IMG/VR virus record: IMGVR_UViG_3300010885_074529
Direction: 5' to 3' (one strand)
Length of the DNA stretch: 64,000 bases
Source: an uncultured virus (IMG/VR IMGVR_UViG_3300010885_074529)
Taxonomy: Duplodnaviria > Heunggongvirae > Uroviricota > Caudoviricetes
In this document: one piece after another, positions 39,270 through 49,133 of the stretch
How the letters are laid out: every line of letters begins with the position of its first letter
Numbering within the stretch: position 1 is the stretch's first letter
Program-made: the position numbers and the translations under genes
Notes under the pieces: model-generated
The model's input: only the letters and a program-made list of their open reading frames with translations
What the model was told of the DNA's origin: nothing
Database searches by the model: none

Positions 39270-40112
39270 ATGAGAATAAAAAAACACGCTAATGGCAACC
39301 AGTATTTGTTAACTCCGCAAAGCAAATGGGTTAGAAATTTTGCTAAATCTGGTGTGCCTAATATAGACATAAATAAAACAATAAAATCTGAGGATCATTT
39401 TTTATTGCTTCAAAATGAATTTAACAATAGTCTAAACAGATATGCATGGATAGATTCCGAAAAGTACTATCATCCAAATGTGGTTATAGTTTCTGATGGT
39501 TTTAATTTTGAAGAAAATCATAAAATTATAGACTCTTTGCCTTCAAATATTGTTTTTATTGGAGTGAATGGAAGTTTAAAAAAATGGCAAGCTAAAAGAA
39601 ACATGTCTTATTACGTTGTGAATAATCCATACAATGAATGTATGAAGTATTTGCCTCGTTCAAATAAACTTCTTCCAAAGTGTATTGCTTCTTCTAGGAC
39701 GAACTCAAACTTTTTAAAAAATTACAATGGAACTAGGTTTAAATACTATCCGGTAAATGAGCAAGAATACAAAGGCATGAGTTCTAAAGAAGTGATGTGG
39801 CAAATCGATGATTATAGAAATTCAATATGTGCTGCAGTAGGGTTGTCTTATAGATTTGGTGCTGAAAAATTGTTATTGTTGTGTTGCGACAATGTCTTTA
39901 AAGACGAACGTGCTGGGGCTTCTCAGCTTGAGAACAAACTTTGGATATATCCTCAACAAAATATTGTGCATGGATTGATAGATGCTAATTTGTATTGGTT
40001 TTCAAATCAAGAATACTATGCAACAAAAGCGGGAGATTGTTCGAGCGGTCCATTATATGATTATGCTGCGTATATAGAATTAGATAAGATATTAAATTTT
40101 TTTGAAAGTTAA
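39270..40112 (+). CDS. Maf/DUF115(MptE)-like Rossmann-fold protein
   Basis: VVIVSDG, FIGVN and NSICAAVGLSYRFGAEKLLLLCCD. Confidence 0.55.
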   Translation: MRIKKHANGNQYLLTPQSKWVRNFAKSGVPNIDINKTIKSEDHFLLLQNEFNNSLNRYAWIDSEKYYHPNVVIVSDGFNFEENHKIIDSLPSNIVFIGVNGSLKKWQAKRNMSYYVVNNPYNECMKYLPRSNKLLPKCIASSRTNSNFLKNYNGTRFKYYPVNEQEYKGMSSKEVMWQIDDYRNSICAAVGLSYRFGAEKLLLLCCDNVFKDERAGASQLENKLWIYPQQNIVHGLIDANLYWFSNQEYYATKAGDCSSGPLYDYAAYIELDKILNFFES

Positions 40113-40116
40113 ACAC

Positions 40117-40407
40117 ATGAATAAGGACCCGTTTAGTTTATTTAATCTAAATGAATTTAAAAAATGGATGTCAGAGTCTCCCGATCAAAACAATCATAAC
40201 GATATAATTGGAAAACAAATAGAGTCTAAAATATCTTTTAAAAAACTTCTAATGACTACTGAGGTAATAGAAGGAGAAGATAAAAAAGTTTTAAAAGAGT
40301 TTCATACAAATGGTGGATATGTTATTGAAAAAAATGGAAACATATTAACTATAGAAACAACAAAAGGAAAAATAGAAACACATAAAATGTATGTAAGAAT
40401 TTCTTAA
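40117..40407 (+). CDS. Hypothetical protein
   Basis: Contains LNEFKKWMSES near the N-terminus. Confidence 0.6.
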   Translation: MNKDPFSLFNLNEFKKWMSESPDQNNHNDIIGKQIESKISFKKLLMTTEVIEGEDKKVLKEFHTNGGYVIEKNGNILTIETTKGKIETHKMYVRIS

Positions 40408-40769
40408 GAACCTTTTTGCACCATAACTCGTTTCTTTTCTAGCTTGTTGTTTAATGTGTATGTTGAAACAAAAATCTCTGCTTGTGAGCTAATTGGGATA
40501 TTAGTATAGCCTCTTTTTTTGAAAAGAATTTTCATATTTTCATAGGTGTCTGATGTTTCGACCCAAGGCTCCCACAACATTCTAGAATCGTACATTTTTT
40601 GATTTATAGTTGCCAAGATATCAGTAGGAATTGCTAAGTTTTTTATATTTTCATCTGTTATTCGTGTTGCTGCTTGTTCTGTAGAAAGGAATTTAGCTAT
40701 AATTCTAATTCCTCTTTTATCTCTTTTTACAAAATAAAAATAAAAATCAACTAGTTTTTGTTTTGCCAT
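40404..40769 (-). CDS. Hypothetical protein
   Basis: GAGGA RBS before ATG. Confidence 0.65.
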   Translation of the reverse strand: MAKQKLVDFYFYFVKRDKRGIRIIAKFLSTEQAATRITDENIKNLAIPTDILATINQKMYDSRMLWEPWVETSDTYENMKILFKKRGYTNIPISSQAEIFVSTYTLNNKLEKKRVMVQKGS

Positions 40770-40914
40770 GTTCTTCCTCTTTATAATCAAGTAAGTTCTT
40801 TAAAACTTCTTCCAAAATGATTCGATTTATGATATCATCCATAGATCCAAATTCTTGTGTAAAAGCTTTGATAGCTTCCGTGCCAATCAAAGCATTGTCG
40901 GGAGGGGGTTCCAT

Positions 40915-41550
40915 ATGCCTGTTTCACTTCCTAATTATGTAAAAATAAAAGATAATTACTGCATTTCTTATTACGGACAAAATAAAGAATATTTAGTTCA
41001 ATTGTCTCTTTTGAGGCCTATAATAGAATCCACGTTCAAGGGAATACAGATTTATATATCATGTGAAGATAGCTCATTGTATTTACTAGAAGGAGAGTCA
41101 AAAATTTTATCAAAAAATGAAACTGACACTTACAGGAACAATTTTGCTTATATTAGAGAAATAAAAAGTAATCTAGATAAACACCCTATCGAATCCATAA
41201 TGGAAGAATCTGGCCTGCCTTGTGGACCTATAAATTTTGTAAAAAAAGAAAGATCCACAAGTAAATGTGCTTTATTTACAAATGGATCTTCTCATACAAG
41301 AAAATTGTCAGGCAAACAGATAACCAAAATTATTGAATCTATTGAGCAAAACAATTATTCGATTGAAATTAATCCTTTAAGATACAAAAGCTTCGTTAAC
41401 GATTTCGACTTAGTAGTAGGAGTGGAGAATGAATATGTTTACAAAGCTGCTTCATGTGGAGTGGAAACTACTCTTATTGCAACAGGAAATGGGGAAGATT
41501 TATTTAGAAAAATGTTCCCAAAAAGCCAAATAATCCATCCTGAACCATAA
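40915..41550 (+). CDS. Possible degenerate GT-B (GT9-like) protein
   Basis: DLVVGVEN......AAS.GVET resembles the GT9 C-lobe; GGAGG upstream. Confidence 0.4.
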   Translation: MPVSLPNYVKIKDNYCISYYGQNKEYLVQLSLLRPIIESTFKGIQIYISCEDSSLYLLEGESKILSKNETDTYRNNFAYIREIKSNLDKHPIESIMEESGLPCGPINFVKKERSTSKCALFTNGSSHTRKLSGKQITKIIESIEQNNYSIEINPLRYKSFVNDFDLVVGVENEYVYKAASCGVETTLIATGNGEDLFRKMFPKSQIIHPEP

Positions 41551-41581
41551 ATATAATAGTTACTATCCAAATAGGAGAAAA

Positions 41582-42169
41582 ATGAGCGTATTTCAAGTCA
41601 GTCTAAACAATATCAATCAAGGTCAACTAGATCTAAATCCTTCTGTTTTAGTCATTCCAACCACAGAGATGACTCCTTCTATACAAAGAACAATATATGT
41701 TCAAGGTCCAAGAAGGATTTATAGAAGACTAAAAGATGGAGATACGTTCACAGATTGCAACTATTGGAAAAGATTTGCTTTTCCACAAATATCACAAGAT
41801 CAAGCTTTCATCACAGTTGTATCTGACGACGGTTCGGTCTATAGCGACATTCCAGAAGAAAACAATTTCCCTAGAGTCTACACTTTGAATGTAGATGACG
41901 GAACAACTTACGAAGATAACATAATTGATATTTTAGCAGATAATGGTGGCCCAGCACAGTTTGTTCAGATCCAGAACATGGCCGCAGGTGGGTCTGTAAA
42001 AGTGAGAATAAATGGTACTGCTAATGCCGTTTTCGACTTAGATACTAATAATATACAGCAATTCAATTACGGAGATATAAGTATTTCGAAGCTTGAATTT
42101 CATAATGAAAGTGGAGAGAATTCAATCATACAAACTATAATTTCGGTAAGAAGTGTTCCAACAAGCTAA
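41582..42169 (+). CDS. Hypothetical beta-rich protein (probably structural)
   Basis: AGGAG RBS with a CATAAATA late-promoter-like sequence upstream. Confidence 0.7.
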   Translation: MSVFQVSLNNINQGQLDLNPSVLVIPTTEMTPSIQRTIYVQGPRRIYRRLKDGDTFTDCNYWKRFAFPQISQDQAFITVVSDDGSVYSDIPEENNFPRVYTLNVDDGTTYEDNIIDILADNGGPAQFVQIQNMAAGGSVKVRINGTANAVFDLDTNNIQQFNYGDISISKLEFHNESGENSIIQTIISVRSVPTS

Positions 42170-42227
42170 ATAGTTCATTTAAAAACTATATATCTTTAGG
42201 TTACTATATTAATTATACGAGGAAAAT

Positions 42228-42470
42228 GTGGCATCATTAGTAAAACCAGGATCTGTGAAAGTTGTTACAAAAGATGGAGAAATTCAGGTTTCTTTCAGCT
42301 TGGACATCAACATTAATCTAAACACAGAGGGCGTTATTATTGGCCAACAAAGCGTTGAAGAAGAAAAGAAATCAAGTTTTGCACACCAGCCTGTCAAAGA
42401 TAAAATGGAATGGGCGATTCCTGATTTTGGCGAATCTGTAAAGATAGACTTTGGTAAAAAGGAGAAATAA
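42228..42470 (+). CDS. Small hypothetical protein coupled to the actin-like gene
   Basis: GAGGA RBS before GTG. Confidence 0.65.
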   Translation: MASLVKPGSVKVVTKDGEIQVSFSLDININLNTEGVIIGQQSVEEEKKSSFAHQPVKDKMEWAIPDFGESVKIDFGKKEK

Positions 42471-42471
42471 T

Positions 42472-43476
42472 ATGGCGTGCGGTTTTGATTGCGGTACCTA
42501 CAATTTGGTGTGTTGCAACAGATCTACTGATGGTAATTTTCTATACAAAAGAGAAGTAAATGCTTTTCTTGAAATACCGTTAGAAAACAGATTTACTTTC
42601 AACATGATGAAAAGTGCAGGCATTCCTCTTATTGAAAGAGAGAATGTTGCGTATGCACTAGGAGAAGCTGCTGTAAACATGGCTTACACAATGAGCCAGA
42701 TAGAACTAAAAAGACCAATGATACATGGATGCGTCAATCCGAAAGAAAAAGACGCATTTCAGATAATGTCAATTATGATTCACAGTCTAATCAATAACAT
42801 TCAAAAAGATGGAGAGACTCTGTATTACTGCGTCCCTGCTAATGCCATTAATCAAGATACAGATGCTGATTATCATCAGCGTATACTAGATGCAATATTT
42901 AAAGCATATAAAAGCGAAACAGGCTATAGAGTAAATGCACACCCTATAAATGAAGGATTAGCACTAGTTTATGCCGAGCTTGGAAAGAAAGCTTACACAG
43001 GTCTCGGTATTTCTTGTGGGTCAGGAATGGTAAACGTTTGCTACGCAATGTATGGCAATCCAGTATTTTCTTTTTCTATTGTTAATTCTGGCGATTGGAT
43101 AGATCGTCAAGCGGCAAAAGCAACAGGAGAAACTATTGCTTTTATCAATGTGGAAAAAACTAAAATTGATTTGACTAAGCCTGCTACATCTCTTGTGGAG
43201 CGAGCCATTCAAACTCAATATCGTTTAATGATCGAACATACCGTTGCTGGTATAAAGCAAGGATTTGCAGATATCAAAAAGACAATTAGAGCAGACAACC
43301 CTATAGACGTTGTTGTTGCAGGAGGAGTATCTTCTCCAAATGGTTTTACGCAAATTTTTAAAGAAGTGATTGATCAAACTCAACTTCCAATCAAAATAGG
43401 AGAGATCATACGACCAGATGATCCTTTGTATTCTGTTGCTAGGGGATGTTTGATTGCAGCAGAAGCTGCGAAATGA
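42472..43476 (+). CDS. Actin-fold ATPase, volactin/MamK-like
   Basis: Phosphate1 GFDCGTYN; connect1 PINEGLA; phosphate2 GISCGSGMVN; adenosine VVAGGVSSPNGF; connect2 PLYSVARG. Confidence 0.88.
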   Translation: MACGFDCGTYNLVCCNRSTDGNFLYKREVNAFLEIPLENRFTFNMMKSAGIPLIERENVAYALGEAAVNMAYTMSQIELKRPMIHGCVNPKEKDAFQIMSIMIHSLINNIQKDGETLYYCVPANAINQDTDADYHQRILDAIFKAYKSETGYRVNAHPINEGLALVYAELGKKAYTGLGISCGSGMVNVCYAMYGNPVFSFSIVNSGDWIDRQAAKATGETIAFINVEKTKIDLTKPATSLVERAIQTQYRLMIEHTVAGIKQGFADIKKTIRADNPIDVVVAGGVSSPNGFTQIFKEVIDQTQLPIKIGEIIRPDDPLYSVARGCLIAAEAAK

Positions 43477-43511
43477 ATTGAAACAAATAAAAGAAAGAAA
43501 GAGAGTAATAA

Positions 43512-43973
43512 ATGAAAAAAAATCAAAAAAGTGTCAGCGATCTTGGAGCCGCTGCTTATATTTTGATGCATCAGTTTAAAGTGATGGGCAGAAAAGGAAA
43601 AGATATATACTTTTTACTAGACGACAAACATACAGAAGAACAGTTTGATCAACTTACACTAGATTATTTATCTAGCGAATATCATAGATTCGATTCTTGT
43701 ATAATGTCTTTAAAGAAAATTGGTGAATACAACTTTGATACAAGAGGACATAGATTTGTAACCGATCTGGGCGCGGCTGCTTACATACTAATGCACAAGT
43801 ATAAAGTCTTAGGAAAAAGAAGCAAGTCTATTTATTTTGAAGTAGATGAAGAACCATCCAACAAAAATAGATTTGATGATTTATCACTTGATTATATATC
43901 AAGCGATTTTCACAGATTCGACTCATGCTTGATGTCGTTGAAAAAAATAGGAGAATATATTAGCGATAGTTGA
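43512..43973 (+). CDS. Two-repeat protein (DUF5659-like domains)
   Basis: (S/T)DLGAAAYILMH..KV.G...K.IYF...FD.L.LDY.SS..HRFDSC.MSLKKIGEY occurs twice. Confidence 0.75.
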   Translation: MKKNQKSVSDLGAAAYILMHQFKVMGRKGKDIYFLLDDKHTEEQFDQLTLDYLSSEYHRFDSCIMSLKKIGEYNFDTRGHRFVTDLGAAAYILMHKYKVLGKRSKSIYFEVDEEPSNKNRFDDLSLDYISSDFHRFDSCLMSLKKIGEYISDS

Positions 43974-43983
43974 AAGGAATAAT

Positions 43984-45072
43984 ATGTTGAAGAGATTTGG
44001 AATCAAAGAAGAATTAGAGTCGTCACAAGAAATATCTAGCAAAATAGACGCTATTGTAGACAAGTGGGTTTCAGATCTCACCTCTGGCTTAGTGAATAAT
44101 CCTATGGATTTTTCAAAGCGAGCAAGCTTGTGGGACAGAATGAAAGGCACTCTTTCTAATATATGGCACGGAAAATATAATCCAAAAAATCCAAACTATT
44201 GGAAAAATAGATTTGGAGATGAATTGGGATCTCAAGAAGAATCATATGACCCATCTGTTTTTTCTCTTCAAGAATACACTCAAATAAAAAGCATTATAGA
44301 AAATGCCGAGAGACAATTGAATGAAGCAATTCCAACAGGCTCAGAAAAACTAACGTTAGTTAGAGTGTTAAAAAATGCAGCAGAAAAACTAAAGAAAGAT
44401 TTAAAAACAGCACTTGTATCTGTTGGTGCAATGCTAAACACATCCGCCGAAACTTCTCGCAAGTCCACCGAATTTCCTGCGGGTTTGTCGGGTTGGCGAC
44501 CCAAAGCCCCTGTTGCAAGCAACAATAGTGAACAAAGGCCACGATCCATTGTTGATACAAACCCAAGTCTTAAACCAATGGGTAGACATCCAGAGCAGGA
44601 TGATGATACCGATTCCGACACCGATTCTGTTGAGGATGACGATATTAGTGATGATTCTAGTGCTAGTGCTAACGCCTATGACACTTCTGGTAGAGATGAC
44701 TATAATGATTTAAATAATAATGATTTAAAAAACGACATCGATAATGATGCTAATGATGATGGACCTACCGCTGAGGAGCCCAAGCCAATCCATAAAAATA
44801 CGCACTACGACAGACATATTCCAAAAAAAGAAAATGAAGGAATGTCTGCAGAGTCTCTTGCTGACGAAGGACAGCTTGTAGATCTAATTATGGCTAAAGA
44901 TTTTGATTTTAGAAAATACTTTGTAAAAGAAGATGAAACAGTAAAAAGTGCAGCAGAAAGAAAATTAACACAACTTGAAGAGTTAGAAAAAGAAGCGTCC
45001 GAAAAAAAAGAATCAAAATATGTTTTAAATAGAATCAACAAAGCAATAGAAATTATTAGAGAAGTAAAATGA
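43984..45072 (+). CDS. Hypothetical protein with an Asp-rich disordered region
   Basis: AAGGA RBS; DDDTDSDTDSVEDDD tract; LNEA motif. Confidence 0.7.
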   Translation: MLKRFGIKEELESSQEISSKIDAIVDKWVSDLTSGLVNNPMDFSKRASLWDRMKGTLSNIWHGKYNPKNPNYWKNRFGDELGSQEESYDPSVFSLQEYTQIKSIIENAERQLNEAIPTGSEKLTLVRVLKNAAEKLKKDLKTALVSVGAMLNTSAETSRKSTEFPAGLSGWRPKAPVASNNSEQRPRSIVDTNPSLKPMGRHPEQDDDTDSDTDSVEDDDISDDSSASANAYDTSGRDDYNDLNNNDLKNDIDNDANDDGPTAEEPKPIHKNTHYDRHIPKKENEGMSAESLADEGQLVDLIMAKDFDFRKYFVKEDETVKSAAERKLTQLEELEKEASEKKESKYVLNRINKAIEIIREVK

Positions 45073-45344
45073 GCTGGCTAAACCAAATATCTAATTTTCA
45101 AAGTAACTATATAAAAAAAGTTATGTTTGATTTGATGAAAGATAAATACCACAAAAACGAACAGATAATAGATAGAATTAGCGGTCTACTCACGACTGAG
45201 ACCGATATAAAAAACTTTTTCACTATGGTCACAGACATATATGAGTCAGCTTATATGAAGTCGGTAGAAGACCACAGACAACAACTTCAAAAGCTAGGCT
45301 TAAAAGTGAATATAGTTGCTAATCATGAATCGAAAGATGGCTGA
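45069..45344 (+). CDS. Hypothetical protein
   Basis: ATG overlapping the upstream stop; 91 aa. Confidence 0.65.
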   Translation: MSWLNQISNFQSNYIKKVMFDLMKDKYHKNEQIIDRISGLLTTETDIKNFFTMVTDIYESAYMKSVEDHRQQLQKLGLKVNIVANHESKDG

Positions 45345-45928
45345 TCTTGCGACATAATACACTTCAGTATCCAGCCACCTAGTTTGGTTTGACTAGTTTG
45401 TATTTTCCACCATCTTTTGTCTCCATTTTTTGGATACAAGATAGATCCTTCTCCAAAATTTGTTTCTGTCCACATTTCCATAGTCATATCTGTTTGGGAC
45501 AATATCACAGCTTCTAAAGACGTTGGCTTATCATACTGTATGGTTTTTATTATGTCTCCATACAACTCATCTTTTGTTTCTCGTATAGTAGCAGGCAAGC
45601 AATACACAAAAGTTTTTTCTATATCTGTTTTATTTTGTTTTTCTTTTTTGATTTTGTCTTCTTTTTCTTCTATTTTTCTTTCAAATATTTGTTCTGGATC
45701 TGGCTTTAGATCTTTTGTTTGATTTAATTCGTCAAGAAAAATTTCACTCTGCGTTTTGTTTAATGAAAAGTCTGAGTCTAACGGTAAAACAGCAGTACCG
45801 TCTTCTTTCACCTCTGGCTTCCACTCCATATTATGGACCGTAAATCCCGTCCAAATCTTTTGATCTTTCATAACTGGGTTAGGTGTGGAAAGCTTAAAAA
45901 CCGAGCCATCTTTGTTGTAAAGCGTCAT
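45323..45928 (-). CDS. Hypothetical protein, possible neck (gp14-like) paralog
   Basis: GAGG RBS; N-terminus LYNKDGSVFKL matches ILNSDGSPYQL of 46391; GS.L.P.....W.I near the C-terminus. Confidence 0.6.
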   Translation of the reverse strand: MTLYNKDGSVFKLSTPNPVMKDQKIWTGFTVHNMEWKPEVKEDGTAVLPLDSDFSLNKTQSEIFLDELNQTKDLKPDPEQIFERKIEEKEDKIKKEKQNKTDIEKTFVYCLPATIRETKDELYGDIIKTIQYDKPTSLEAVILSQTDMTMEMWTETNFGEGSILYPKNGDKRWWKIQTSQTKLGGWILKCIMSQDQPSFDS

Positions 45929-45977
45929 ATTTAACCTCTTAATGCTATATATATAAGTAAGAAAACAAAGGAAAAAT
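45929..45977. promoter_or_regulatory. Candidate bidirectional late promoter
   Basis: Palindromic TATATATATA centred between divergent genes, with an RBS facing each way. Confidence 0.5.
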
Positions 45978-46379
45978 ATGCCATTAGTAGTACCAAGTAG
46001 TTCAGACGAACTGATGATGAAATATATTTTAAATAAAGTAGCTGTAGATGGGAATAGAAAGTTAAAACTTTTTTCAAACAATATTTCCCCGTTTAAAGGG
46101 ATCGCCTTGGCAGATATAAATGAAGTAAGTGCAAGTGGCTACACAGCAAAAACATTAACAGGATCAAGTTGGACGGTATCTACTGTTTCTGGTGTGAGTA
46201 CTGCCACGTATCCGGTTCAGACTTTTAGTATAACACAAAGCACTAATGTTTATGGGTATTACGTAACAACAAGCGATAGCTCCGCTGTTTTGTGGATGGA
46301 AAGATTTGATACTGCTCCTTTTAATTTGCCTTCTGGAGGCGGCGATATAACTGTCACTTTAAATTTCACATTAAACTAA
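45978..46379 (+). CDS. Small beta-rich virion protein
   Basis: LKLFSN, EV...GY, TF......VYGYYV pattern typical of small phage structural proteins. Confidence 0.65.
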   Translation: MPLVVPSSSDELMMKYILNKVAVDGNRKLKLFSNNISPFKGIALADINEVSASGYTAKTLTGSSWTVSTVSGVSTATYPVQTFSITQSTNVYGYYVTTSDSSAVLWMERFDTAPFNLPSGGGDITVTLNFTLN

Positions 46380-46390
46380 GGATGGGATAA

Positions 46391-46933
46391 ATGGGCATAT
46401 TAAACTCTGACGGCTCCCCTTATCAGTTACAGGGAAGTGTGCAACAATTCGACACAAACAATCCAATGTTTGATTTGTTTAATTTGTGGGATCAAGAAGC
46501 TATCCAAAGAGGAGGTTCTCCAATATATTACTATGAAGTAATAATACGTCCAGAAATGATAGATCCAATATACTTAGAAGCTAGAAACAAATTGTTTTCA
46601 AACAATCCTATTCAGTTGTGGTGTACATACGAACCCGTTTCTTCTCAAAATGTACTAAACCAATTCGGCATTGATGCCCCCGACGAAATGGTCTTTGAAT
46701 TGAACTATAGGTCTGTATTAAAGAATTTAGGACATCCTCCTAAAATAGGATCTAGGTTGTTCACTCCTCACCTACAAGAAAATTGGGTGGTAGTTCAGCG
46801 AAATCTTAGCGAATTCAAAATGTGGGGAATTTTAAGAATAGAATTGTTATGTCAGAAATTTCAAGAAGATGTTGTTACAGGCGATGGGAAAGTTACACAA
46901 AAGAAACCAGATTCGAAAATAAAAATTGTATAA
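46391..46933 (+). CDS. Neck/head-closure protein (gp14-like)
   Basis: EAI..GG..IYYY, DPIY.E, QFGI...DEM.F and PKIGSRLF. Confidence 0.7.
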   Translation: MGILNSDGSPYQLQGSVQQFDTNNPMFDLFNLWDQEAIQRGGSPIYYYEVIIRPEMIDPIYLEARNKLFSNNPIQLWCTYEPVSSQNVLNQFGIDAPDEMVFELNYRSVLKNLGHPPKIGSRLFTPHLQENWVVVQRNLSEFKMWGILRIELLCQKFQEDVVTGDGKVTQKKPDSKIKIV

Positions 46934-47068
46934 TTACTTCCTTAAAACTGGATGAACTTTAGAAATATAAATAAGGGGTATTATAGGCTTTTTAAATGAT
47001 CCCAAAGAAGGATATGGCAAGAACACCGACAGTCTTTCTTTTCTTTTACTTATCTTGTATGTTTTCAT
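46934..47068 (-). CDS. Possible small basic protein, 44 aa (not in ORF track)
   Basis: Hand translation MKTYKISKRKERLSVFLPYP...VLRK* fills the gap exactly. Confidence 0.3.
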   Translation of the reverse strand: MKTYKISKRKERLSVFLPYPSLGSFKKPIIPLIYISKVHPVLRK

Positions 47069-47891
47069 CGCTTTTCTTTTTGAATTTTATTTTGTTTTTA
47101 TAAACGGTTATTTTTTTGTTTTTTCCCAACAGATAAAGACCGTGCAGATATTCTTTCATTTTTTGATATCCCTCTTTTGCTACAAGAGTAGATAGTTGTT
47201 TATATTTATCACTAAAACTGTATCCTTTACTATCTCGCCATCTATTTTTAGCTATTTTAGATATATTTTTTTCCAATATAGAGTCTAAAAGCCCTCTTTC
47301 GTATATTTCTTCTTGATCCATTTCTTGAATTTCGTATGTGACTTTTTTTGGCAAAATTAAAATTTGTCCAAAAGGTTGGTCTTTTTTAAATATTATTGTT
47401 TGTCCTATATTTGGACTTTTAAAAACAACAAAAAATATTTTTGGCCACCAACTTGTTTGTATGTGACCGGGCACACAGCAAGGAACTGTATTTGTTGTGT
47501 CTGTGTAGAATCTTGGATGTGGCTCTGTTCTTAAAACGTAATCTTCGGGCACTCTAATATCTAATGCAGAAGTCATGCCGAAATGGTTATCTGAAAAAGC
47601 AACAAATGGAGGCAAAGTAACACCATGGCATTGTTGATTTTCTTGTGTGAAATCACCTTCAAATACAATTTTTCCATTTACGTTTTTAACATGACATTCT
47701 GTATCAAAGGGATAGTATAATTCTAAACCATATGTCGATCCTTCTACAAAAGGCGGACAATGCCATGGTTGGGGTTTATCTCCACTTTCATGATTGTTAG
47801 GTTCTCCTGCCCAGCCTGGTATTTCTAGTTTTATTTGTTTGGGCAAAGAGCCTTTAAACCAAGACCTACATTTTAATTTAATTGTTTCCAT
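47046..47891 (-). CDS. DUF6065/dUTPase-fold-like protein
   Basis: HCPPFVEGSTYGLELYYPFD, VPG.IQT.WWP and I.FKKDQPFGQI. Confidence 0.5.
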   Translation of the reverse strand: METIKLKCRSWFKGSLPKQIKLEIPGWAGEPNNHESGDKPQPWHCPPFVEGSTYGLELYYPFDTECHVKNVNGKIVFEGDFTQENQQCHGVTLPPFVAFSDNHFGMTSALDIRVPEDYVLRTEPHPRFYTDTTNTVPCCVPGHIQTSWWPKIFFVVFKSPNIGQTIIFKKDQPFGQILILPKKVTYEIQEMDQEEIYERGLLDSILEKNISKIAKNRWRDSKGYSFSDKYKQLSTLVAKEGYQKMKEYLHGLYLLGKNKKITVYKNKIKFKKKSDENIQDK

Positions 47892-47930
47892 AAAAAACTA
47901 CTTTAAAATCATACATATCAAAGGAGAAAA

Positions 47931-48917
47931 ATGACCACTAGCAATCCTAATCACCAGCAAAAAAGCTACGTAGAGTGCAATACCAAAGGCCCGCAAGGAG
48001 ATGTAAATCTCGACGTTGCTCCCGGATATTGCGAAACAGGCGATGGAGAAAATTTACGTTCGCCAAATGATTCTACTTTAAATTGGCTAAAAGATCAAAC
48101 CATGAAAAAAACTGGTTTTGGTTCAAAGGTAGATTGCGACCCTATGCAAAGAGGGAAGATTGTAAATGATTTAGAAAATCCAGATCGAACAGTTATTTAC
48201 AGATATTCTAAATCTATAAGAGGAACAGACGAAGCGATTCTAGACATGTTTAGAAACATAGTAGTCATAGATGAAGATGGAAAAGCTTGGCCTATACCTG
48301 CGATGCTAGGCACTCCTGAGAAAGCTGTTGCTGCTATAGTTCAAGACAATGTAAGAAAAGATGAAACACTTGTTGTTGATAGAATCAAACTGCCAATGAT
48401 AGCGATTACTCAAACAGGCATAGATTATGATGTTGAAAGATACACATATCATAAAGCATTAAGTTACTTTAATAGAAGCGACGGAAAGCCAGGATTTACT
48501 GTAAAAGAAAAATATGAAAGAGATACAATATTTGGTATAGCCAAGGGAATTCCAGTAAATATAAGCTATACAATTACAGCTTGGACTATGTACCAAGAAG
48601 ATATGAATCAAATAATTGAACAGGTTTTAACAAAATTTAGTAAAGATGCATATATACGTGTAACAGGAATTCCATGGGAAATAATTGTTACCATAGATGG
48701 CACAGCAAGTAATATAGATCAGGAACCTGGAGACAGTGCTATAAAAGTTACAAAATACGAATTTAATATCACAGCTAAATCATATATATCTCAACCTATA
48801 ACACGAAAAAAAGCAGTTCTGAAAACAACGATAGACTTTGTGGATGGAGTTACAGAAGAGGAAATTACTAAGATCTTGGCGACAATAGAAACAACAGTTA
48901 AGGAGCTAGAATGTTAG
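47931..48917 (+). CDS. Tail terminator / sheath stabiliser (gp15-like)
   Basis: IP...G.PEK, LPMIA...GI.YD..R and PVNI.Y....W......DMNQIIEQ; upstream of the sheath. Confidence 0.75.
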   Translation: MTTSNPNHQQKSYVECNTKGPQGDVNLDVAPGYCETGDGENLRSPNDSTLNWLKDQTMKKTGFGSKVDCDPMQRGKIVNDLENPDRTVIYRYSKSIRGTDEAILDMFRNIVVIDEDGKAWPIPAMLGTPEKAVAAIVQDNVRKDETLVVDRIKLPMIAITQTGIDYDVERYTYHKALSYFNRSDGKPGFTVKEKYERDTIFGIAKGIPVNISYTITAWTMYQEDMNQIIEQVLTKFSKDAYIRVTGIPWEIIVTIDGTASNIDQEPGDSAIKVTKYEFNITAKSYISQPITRKKAVLKTTIDFVDGVTEEEITKILATIETTVKELEC

Positions 48918-49129
48918 AACTTAAGAATAGAAATAAGTTCCCAGTTCAATTGATAGTGAAATCTACGCAAGCACCAAGGTCTTTTACAACCTTAAATATC
49001 CCAGGAATGGGCTCAGGAAAAAATATTTTTTTTCTAGAAGAAGAAAGAACAACAGAATACATAGATAGAGCAGAGAAGAGCGGATTGATTTCCATAAGAC
49101 AAACAAACAAAGTACTAAAGGGAGAATAA
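48911..49129 (+). CDS. Small protein preceding the sheath
   Basis: AAGGAG RBS; 72 aa. Confidence 0.65.
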   Translation: MLELKNRNKFPVQLIVKSTQAPRSFTTLNIPGMGSGKNIFFLEEERTTEYIDRAEKSGLISIRQTNKVLKGE

Positions 49130-49133
49130 GACT

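Noticed and set aside
46966..46973. Exact TATAAATA as a late promoter
   Set aside because: It lies between convergent genes with no plus-strand start nearby; likely chance in AT-rich DNA.
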